From: Thermodesulfobacteriota bacterium
GTDB taxonomy: Bacteria; Desulfobacterota; Desulfobacteria; Desulfobacterales; SURF-7
Direction: 5' to 3'
DNA: 64,000 bases
NCBI GenBank assembly: GCA_049320885.1
Contig: JBMORA010000028.1
Coordinates: 1-64,000, forward strand
Of this stretch, positions 57,343 through 64,000 are shown piece after piece (position 1 is the first letter of the stretch; the number at the start of each line of letters is the position of its first letter). The position numbers were made by a program, and so were the translations under genes. Below the pieces are notes generated by a model, which was not told where the DNA came from, ran no database searches, and worked only from the letters and a program-made list of their open reading frames with translations.

Positions 57343-59724
57343 ATGGAAACAGCCCGGGCATTGTCGACGATTCCCGCCGAAACACGGGTGGGCCGGCTCC
57401 GGCGCCGCATTATCGAGGCTCCCCAGGAAATCTGCGTGGAGCGGGCCCGGTATCTCACCCAGGCCATGGCGTGGCACTGGGACAAGGATCCCCTAACCCG
57501 CATGAGCCTGGCCCTCGAACATATCCTTTCCCGGATACGCGTCATTATCCGGCCGGATGAACTGATCGTGGGCTGCCGGACCAGCAAGCTCAAGGGCGCC
57601 CCCTTGTTTCCGGAGAACAAGATCCGCTGGATCGAAGGCGACGTGGAGAATTTCGACCGGCGGGTGGTCCAGCGCGCCTTGATCACCGAGGAGGAGAAAG
57701 CCGAAGTTCTGCGGGACATCGTGCCCTTCTGGAAAGGCCGGTCCGTCGAGGAGCATTTCGAATCGCTGCTGCCGGCGGACGTGGCCGAGGACATGGACAA
57801 ATATATCTTCACCATGATGCTGGAGATCACTTACGGCATCGGACATTTCACCATGGACCATCCCCGGGTGCTCCGGGAAGGGCTGTCCGGAGTCATCCAC
57901 CAATCCCGGGAGGCTTTCGCGGCGCTGTCCCCTTCCGAGCAATCATCGGAAAAAGGCCGCTTCCACCTGGCGGTGATGCGCAGCCTGAAGGCCGCCATTC
58001 ATTTCGCGGGACGCCATGCGGATCATGCTGAAACATTGGCCGCCGCCGAACCGGACCCTGTGCGCAGGCAGGAACTCCAAATGATCGCCGCGGTCTGCCG
58101 GCAGGTTCCCGAACATCCGGCCCGGACCTTTCACGAGGCGGTCCAGGGGCTCTATTTCATCCATCTCATCGCCCAGATCGAGTCCGGCGGCAACTCGGTT
58201 TCGTTGGGCCGCATCGACCAGATTCTCCAGCCCTACTATAAAAAGGATTTGGAAGCAGGCCGCATCACGCCGGATCAGGCCCGGGAACTCATGGCCTTGC
58301 TGTTCCTCAAAACCAACGAAATCTGGAATGTTCTGGAGGAAGCCTACATTCCGGGAGGGGAAGGAACGGAAGGCAAAACCACCCAGAACGTCACCGTGGG
58401 CGGCGTGGATGCCGCAGGCAGGGACGCCACCAACGAACTCAGCTTCATCGGCCTGGACGCCTATTCCCAAATCCGTACGGTCCAACCCAATTTCGGCGTG
58501 CGCATCAGCGCCGGGACGCCGGAGTTGTTTTTCATGAAAGCCGCGGCCTGCGCCAAAGACGGCGTATTGCTGCATTTTTTCAACGACGACGCCATCGTGC
58601 CCTCCCTGATCCTGGCGGGACATTCGGAAGCGGACGCCCGGGATTACGGCGTCGTGGGCTGCCTGGAGCCCAACGCCCAAGGTAAATCCTTCGGTTCCAC
58701 GTTCGCGGCCCAATTCAATCTCATCAAATGCGTGGAGTTGGCCCTGAGCAACGGCATCGACAACATTTTCGGGTATCGCACCGGACTCGAAACCGGCGCG
58801 CCGGAAACATTCCGCTCCTTTGAGGACGTCTTTCGGGCTTACGACCGTCAGGTTTCCCATTTCATCGGCCAGCTCACCAGGGGCATGGAATGTCTGGACC
58901 GCGCCATAGCGGAACGGCTGCCCTCGCCCTTCGCTTCCGCCATGATCCAGGGAACCCTTGAAACAAGCCGCGACCTCACCCGGGGAGGAGCGCGCTACAA
59001 TTCCACCGGTATCCAGTTCATGGGTTTTTCCAACACCGCGGACAGTTTGTATGCCGTGAAAACAGCCGTCTATGATGAAAAATCCGTCCGCCTGGAGGAA
59101 TTGGCCGCCTGGCTGGGCGACGACTGGACGGACGCGGAAGACAAAAGAACGTATTTTCAGAACAAAATCCCCAAGTACGGCAACGACTGCGATCCCGTGG
59201 ACCGCATGGCCGCAATGGTGGCCAACCATTTTTGCGATCTGCTGCAACGCCACCGGAATTTCCGCGGCGGTCATTACTGGCCGGGGATTTTCTCCGTGGG
59301 GTTCCACGTATCCATGGGGGCTTTCACGGGCGCGACGCCGGACGGGCGGTATGCCGGAGAAGTCCTGGGCAACGGGGTCACCCCGAGCAACAGCGCGGCG
59401 CTCAAAGGCCCCACCGCCATCATGAACTCCGTCACCCGACTTCCCCTCCGGCGGGTGTATAACGGCATGAACCTGAACATGCGCTTCCAGGGAAAACAGG
59501 TCAAGGCGGCCAACCTCATGAACCTGATCCGCGCTTATTTTGAAAAAGGCGGATTTCAGGTGCAGTTCAACATGGTGGACAGCGCCACCTTGCGCAAGGC
59601 CCAGCAGCATCCGGAACAGTATCGCGATCTCATCGTGCGCATCAGCGGCTATTCCGGCATTTTCATCAATCTGAGTGATATCGCCCAGGACGAGATCATC
59701 AGCAGAACCGAACAGACCCTGTAG
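57343..59724 (+). CDS. Glycyl radical enzyme (PFL2/eliminase-like, substrate unknown)
   Basis: DELIVG, GRIDQ, VGCLEP Cys loop, PKYGND, ATPDGR, QFN, RISGYS Gly loop; RBS AAGGAGG. Confidence 0.93.
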   Translation: METARALSTIPAETRVGRLRRRIIEAPQEICVERARYLTQAMAWHWDKDPLTRMSLALEHILSRIRVIIRPDELIVGCRTSKLKGAPLFPENKIRWIEGDVENFDRRVVQRALITEEEKAEVLRDIVPFWKGRSVEEHFESLLPADVAEDMDKYIFTMMLEITYGIGHFTMDHPRVLREGLSGVIHQSREAFAALSPSEQSSEKGRFHLAVMRSLKAAIHFAGRHADHAETLAAAEPDPVRRQELQMIAAVCRQVPEHPARTFHEAVQGLYFIHLIAQIESGGNSVSLGRIDQILQPYYKKDLEAGRITPDQARELMALLFLKTNEIWNVLEEAYIPGGEGTEGKTTQNVTVGGVDAAGRDATNELSFIGLDAYSQIRTVQPNFGVRISAGTPELFFMKAAACAKDGVLLHFFNDDAIVPSLILAGHSEADARDYGVVGCLEPNAQGKSFGSTFAAQFNLIKCVELALSNGIDNIFGYRTGLETGAPETFRSFEDVFRAYDRQVSHFIGQLTRGMECLDRAIAERLPSPFASAMIQGTLETSRDLTRGGARYNSTGIQFMGFSNTADSLYAVKTAVYDEKSVRLEELAAWLGDDWTDAEDKRTYFQNKIPKYGNDCDPVDRMAAMVANHFCDLLQRHRNFRGGHYWPGIFSVGFHVSMGAFTGATPDGRYAGEVLGNGVTPSNSAALKGPTAIMNSVTRLPLRRVYNGMNLNMRFQGKQVKAANLMNLIRAYFEKGGFQVQFNMVDSATLRKAQQHPEQYRDLIVRISGYSGIFINLSDIAQDEIISRTEQTL

Positions 59725-59740
59725 GATACGGAGGAATTCA

Positions 59741-60676
59741 ATGAGCAAGGTCATGAGCACCAAGGAGGCGGTTTCCCGGTTTATCGGCAACGGCGCCTTC
59801 CTGTATATCGGCGGCTACGTATGCCGCCCGCCTTTTGCCGTCATCCATGAGATCATCCGTCAGGGGATCAGGGACCTGACCATCACCCGCAGCAATGCCG
59901 CGGATGATTTCGATCTGCTCATCGGCGCGGGCGCGGTGAGGCGTTTCATCGGCACCTTTCTGTCCCTGGGACTGTACGGGCTCGGAAGGTGTTATCGCCG
60001 CGCCATGGAAAAAGGCATCCCCCACCCTCTTGAAGTCGAGGAATACACCAATCTTTCCCTGCCCATGATGCTCATGGCCGGCGCTCTCGGCATGCCCTTC
60101 GTGCCGGTGAAAGACATGCTGGGGTCCGATTTGCTCAACGTGCGGTCATTCCTGGGCGACAATAAATACAAGCTGATCTCCTCTCCCTTTGACGGCAGTC
60201 CGGTGCTGCTGGTGCCGGCGCTGAAACCGGACGTGGCCGTCATTCATGTCCAGCAGGCGGACGAGGACGGCAACGCCCAGATGTGGGGCATCGGCGGGGA
60301 CTGCCAGCAGGGCGCCAACGCGGCCGGAAAGGTGATCGTGAGCTGCGAGCGCATCGTATCCCGCGAGACCATCGGCAAGGATCCGTCACGGACCATCGTG
60401 CCGGCCATGAAAGTCGCCGCCGTGGTGGAAGAGCCCTTCGGAGCCCATCCCGGTTACACGCCGGGTTTCTATGATGTGGATTTTTCATTCGGATACGTCT
60501 ATCAGCAGGCCTCCAACACCGTGGAAGGCGTCAACGCTTTTTTGCAGGAATGGGTCCACGGCGTTCCGGACCGGACGGCCTATGTCCAGCATTACATCCA
60601 GAAATTCGGCTTCGGCGCTTTTCGGAAACTCCAGGCTGACTTCGATTACGCCTTTCCGGTGAGTTATGCCTATTGA
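59741..60676 (+). CDS. Family I CoA-transferase subunit A (glutaconate CoA-transferase-like)
   Basis: RPP.A..HEIIRQG, AGALG.PF.P, PAL.PDVA.IHVQ.AD..GN, PFGAHP. Confidence 0.88.
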   Translation: MSKVMSTKEAVSRFIGNGAFLYIGGYVCRPPFAVIHEIIRQGIRDLTITRSNAADDFDLLIGAGAVRRFIGTFLSLGLYGLGRCYRRAMEKGIPHPLEVEEYTNLSLPMMLMAGALGMPFVPVKDMLGSDLLNVRSFLGDNKYKLISSPFDGSPVLLVPALKPDVAVIHVQQADEDGNAQMWGIGGDCQQGANAAGKVIVSCERIVSRETIGKDPSRTIVPAMKVAAVVEEPFGAHPGYTPGFYDVDFSFGYVYQQASNTVEGVNAFLQEWVHGVPDRTAYVQHYIQKFGFGAFRKLQADFDYAFPVSYAY

Positions 60677-60736
60677 TGTGTTGACGCGGCAACACCTTTT
60701 GAAAATGCACCCATTGACCAACAGGGAGACGAATCT

Positions 60737-61537
60737 ATGACAACCCATCCGGCCGGTTACATCAAACCGGAACTCATGGCTTGTTGCGGCGCCCGGGAAA
60801 TCCAGGATCACGACGTGGTCATCGTCGGCACCGGCTTTCCCACCATGAGCGCCAATATCGCCAAACACCTGCATGCCGTCCATGCGGTCATGATGCAGGA
60901 ATCCGGCGTCATCGATGCAAGACCCAGGCGCCCCGCCCTTTCCGTGGGCGATCCCTGCCTGAATCCGGGAGCCGCCATGATCGGCGGCCTGGTCGACATC
61001 ATGGGCATGTGCCTCCAGGCCGGCATGGTGGACGTGGGATTTTTGTCCGGCAGTCAGGTGGACCAATTCGGCAATATCAACACCACCGCCATCGGCAGGT
61101 ACAACCAGCCCAAAAGCCGCCTTCCCGGCAGCGGCGGCGCCAACCCCATCGGCTCCCTGGCGAAACGCACCCTCATCATCACCCTGCACGACAAGCGCCG
61201 GCTGGCAAACAAAGTGGATTTCATCACCACCCCGGGCTATATCGACGGTCCCGGTGCCCGGGAAAAATGGGGCCTGCCCAAGGGGACCGGACCCCATTGC
61301 ATCATCACCAACAAGGCGATTTTGCGTTTCGACCCTTCCACCGGCACGGCTTACCTGGCTTCCTACCATCCCGGATGCTCGGTGAAGGAAATTCAGGATA
61401 ATACCCCCTGGGATCTGAAGGTGGCCGATGATGTTCATGAGACCGAACCGCCCCGGACGGAGGAACTGAGAGTGATCCGGGAAGTGCTCGACCCCCATCG
61501 CATGATCCGGATTTATGAACAGCGCGGATACGTATAA
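60737..61537 (+). CDS. Family I CoA-transferase subunit B
   Basis: VGTGFP, QESG (catalytic Glu), QVD.FGNINTT, RLPGSGGA, VDFIT.PG. Confidence 0.88.
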   Translation: MTTHPAGYIKPELMACCGAREIQDHDVVIVGTGFPTMSANIAKHLHAVHAVMMQESGVIDARPRRPALSVGDPCLNPGAAMIGGLVDIMGMCLQAGMVDVGFLSGSQVDQFGNINTTAIGRYNQPKSRLPGSGGANPIGSLAKRTLIITLHDKRRLANKVDFITTPGYIDGPGAREKWGLPKGTGPHCIITNKAILRFDPSTGTAYLASYHPGCSVKEIQDNTPWDLKVADDVHETEPPRTEELRVIREVLDPHRMIRIYEQRGYV

Positions 61538-61573
61538 ACGGATACATATAAACAGAATATCGCGGAGGAACGC

Positions 61574-62941
61574 ATGGAACATACCCGCAACCTGGCAACA
61601 TTTTGCGCGGAACTTACCTTTTCGAGCCTGCCGGCCGATGTCGTCCACAAGGCCAAACTGTGCCTGCTGGATTATGTGGCCAACATTTACGGCTCCCTGG
61701 AATTGTCGGCGGTGAGTCAGGTGATCGACCACGTCCGCTCCCTGGGGGACGGCAACGCCGCCACCGCCCTCGGTTGCGGCTTCAAGACCAACCTGCTGCA
61801 AGCGGCGTTCATCAACGGCACCCTGGCCGAAGCCATCGAGGCCCAGGACGGGGTCCGGTTCGGCGGGAATCATCCGGGAGCGGCGGTGATCCCCGCCGCC
61901 ATGGGCATCGCCGAGCAGCTGCATCTGGACGGCAAGGCCATGATCGGCGCCATCGTGGCGGGTTATGAAGCCGCCAACCGGCCGGCGGCCGCCATGCACC
62001 CCTGGCACACCCTCTCCGGATTTCTTCCCACCGGCACCTGCGGGGCCTTCGGCGCGGCGGCGGCGGCCGGATATTTATATGGATTCGGCCCGGAAAAAAT
62101 GCTGCATGCCATCGGCAACGCCGGCTATCTGCTGCCCTTGTCCATGGCGGAACATCTGATGGCCGGCTGCACCATCAAAATCGTTCAAGGCGGTCAGGCG
62201 GCCTCCGCCGGTATCCTGGCCGCCGGTCTGGCCGGCAACGGCCTGACCGGCTCGACCCAGGTATTGGAGGGATCGGCCCTGAAAGGCGGATTCACCCAGA
62301 TCACCACCCGGGCCGAACCCAAGGTTGAAAAAATCAGCGACAACCTCGGAAAGTCCTTCTCCATCATGGACGTGTATTTCAAACCCTATACCGCCTGCCG
62401 CCATACCCACGGCGCAGCCCAGGCTGTCCTGGGGCTTTTGGAGGAAACGCCCATCGCTGCGGACATGGTGGAGCGGATCGATGTATATACTTACGGCATC
62501 GCCCAGCTGGCGGTGGGCAAAAGCGTGGACGCAGGCAGCTCTTTCGTTTCCGCCCAGTTCTCCATTCCCTATGTGGTGGCCGCCTGTCTTCTGGACCGCG
62601 CCCTGGGTCCCGGGCAGCTTACCGAAAAGCGCATGACGGACCCGGCGATCATGGACCTTTCGAAAACCGTCCGGGTCCATACGGACGACGAGCTGAACCG
62701 GCGCTACCCGGATGTTACCGCCTCGCGGGTGGCCGTGACGATGAAAGACGGCCGCTGTTGTGAACGGCAGATCGACATCCCCAAGGGCGATCCGCGGGAT
62801 CCCATGACGGCCGGCGATATTGCGGAAAAGGTCCGTTTTTTCGCCGGGAATCGAAATCCGGATACGATCGATGAAGTCATCCGGATGATTTTGAAACTGG
62901 AAACCGTGACGGATATGGCCGACATCGCCACCCGGATTTAA
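61574..62941 (+). CDS. MmgE/PrpD family protein
   Basis: AAF.NG, HP, GYE, GF.PTGTCG.FGAA, FKPY..C..TH, AQFS.PY, PKGDP. Confidence 0.9.
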   Translation: MEHTRNLATFCAELTFSSLPADVVHKAKLCLLDYVANIYGSLELSAVSQVIDHVRSLGDGNAATALGCGFKTNLLQAAFINGTLAEAIEAQDGVRFGGNHPGAAVIPAAMGIAEQLHLDGKAMIGAIVAGYEAANRPAAAMHPWHTLSGFLPTGTCGAFGAAAAAGYLYGFGPEKMLHAIGNAGYLLPLSMAEHLMAGCTIKIVQGGQAASAGILAAGLAGNGLTGSTQVLEGSALKGGFTQITTRAEPKVEKISDNLGKSFSIMDVYFKPYTACRHTHGAAQAVLGLLEETPIAADMVERIDVYTYGIAQLAVGKSVDAGSSFVSAQFSIPYVVAACLLDRALGPGQLTEKRMTDPAIMDLSKTVRVHTDDELNRRYPDVTASRVAVTMKDGRCCERQIDIPKGDPRDPMTAGDIAEKVRFFAGNRNPDTIDEVIRMILKLETVTDMADIATRI

Positions 62942-63041
62942 CGGCGTCTTCTTCCCTCCGCCGGATTCGCACAGAGGCATACCGGACGAAGGCACATCGG
63001 ACGGCAAAAGCATTGCTTAATTATCAAGGTAAGGAGGATTT

Positions 63042-64000
63042 GTGGATTTTAGCCTGAGCAAAGAGCAGACCATGCTGATCCAATCCCTGCGGGACATGGG
63101 GAAACGGGAAAAATTCGATGAACTGGCCGCCCGGATCGACGCCACCGCGGAATTTCCCCATCACCTACTAGGAAAATACGCGGACCTGGGCCTTCTGGGC
63201 ATGGTGTTGCCCACCGAATTCGGCGGCGAAGGGGAAACCTCCCTCACCGCCATCCTGGCCATCGAGGAACTGGCCAAATTCAGCCCCATGATCGCGGCAC
63301 CGGTGTTCGAATCCAATGTGGGGCCGGTGCGGGTGATCGCCATGTTCGGCACGGACGAGCAGAAACGCCGGATTCTTCCGGGTGTCTGCAAGGGCGAACA
63401 CAGCGTTTCGGTCTGCATGACCGAGCCGGAATCGGGTTCGGACTTGACCGCCCTGTCCACCCATTTGAAAGAGGACGGGGATGGATATGTGCTGAACGGC
63501 AGAAAGGTGTTTATCACCGGCGGCGGCGAGGCCAGTCATTATATGGTCTACGCCCGCTTCGGGGACATCTCCGGCTACAAAGGCATCGGAGCGGTGATCG
63601 TGGAGAAGGGCGCACCCGGCTTCACCTTCGGCAAGCAGGAAACTTATATGGGGTTGCGCGGCATGCCGTCCTGCGATCTGTTTTTCGACGACGTCCGGAT
63701 ACCCCGGGAAAATGTGGTGATCCGCAGCGGTGAATTCGGCAATCTGATGCTGACCTTCGATATCGAACGATGCGGCAATGCGGCCATGTGCCTGGGCGTT
63801 GCCGGCGGCGCCATGGAGGCCGCCAGAAAATACGCCCTGGAAAGGACCGCGTTCAACCGCCCGATCTGCGAATTCCAGGATATCCAGTTCATGCTGGCGG
63901 ACATGGCCATGAAGCTCGATGCGGCCCGTCTCCTGGTCTATCGCGCGGCCAGCAACGCCGGCCAGGGTCTCCCGTCCGTCTACGAAGCTTCGATGGCCAA
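63042..64000 (+). CDS. Acyl-CoA dehydrogenase (truncated by window end)
   Basis: GTG start after AAGGAGG; MDFSLSKEQ, P.EFGG, MTEPESGSDL, LNGRKVFIT, MGLRG, R.AF.RPI..FQ.IQF.LADM. Confidence 0.9.
   Translation, partial: MDFSLSKEQTMLIQSLRDMGKREKFDELAARIDATAEFPHHLLGKYADLGLLGMVLPTEFGGEGETSLTAILAIEELAKFSPMIAAPVFESNVGPVRVIAMFGTDEQKRRILPGVCKGEHSVSVCMTEPESGSDLTALSTHLKEDGDGYVLNGRKVFITGGGEASHYMVYARFGDISGYKGIGAVIVEKGAPGFTFGKQETYMGLRGMPSCDLFFDDVRIPRENVVIRSGEFGNLMLTFDIERCGNAAMCLGVAGGAMEAARKYALERTAFNRPICEFQDIQFMLADMAMKLDAARLLVYRAASNAGQGLPSVYEASMA

Noticed and set aside
57343..59724. Pyruvate formate-lyase or alkyl/benzylsuccinate synthase
   Set aside because: Single Cys with a CxE loop; no small subunits; loop unlike PFL (CC) or fumarate-adding enzymes
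57943..59790. 615-aa antisense ORF (also 56415-57830 and 60485-62008)
   Set aside because: Shadows of the GRE operon genes with no independent motifs

Overview
Bacterial chromosomal window. Gene content and style suggest an anaerobic deltaproteobacterium (Desulfobacterota-like); this is inferred, not shown. Four zones. (1) 0.2-5.5 kb: a decaying integron-type cassette array with no integrase in view. It holds three cassettes (truncated TIGR02391-like gene; DUF1254/DUF1214 plus a two-repeat secreted protein; Phd/RelE toxin-antitoxin with a nonsense-mutated toxin), and antisense group IIC intron remnants sit where two attC sites should be. (2) 5.5-23 kb: a ~17.5 kb block bracketed by a 63-bp direct repeat of the 3' part of a formate/nitrite transporter gene. 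It carries sucrose/compatible-solute genes (fructokinase, SPS-SPP, sucrose synthase, eukaryote-type UGPase, MpgP-like phosphatase, MscS), a KaiB-histidine kinase fusion and a NarL-type two-component pair. (3) 23-54 kb: signalling/metabolic genes, including a putative sigma54-driven operon ending in a receiver-FNT channel fusion, an SCP2-E1alpha-E1beta ThDP enzyme with DUF2804, a stand-alone AlkB, a phosphoesterase-Ser/Thr kinase-DGC trio, CorA, several kinases and a DedA-flavoprotein/DUF547 pair. (4) 54.9-64 kb: a PadR-headed catabolic operon built around an unassigned glycyl radical enzyme (two SDRs, GctAB-like CoA transferase, MmgE/PrpD, acyl-CoA dehydrogenase running off the window). All family calls come from motif recognition by eye, not database searches.
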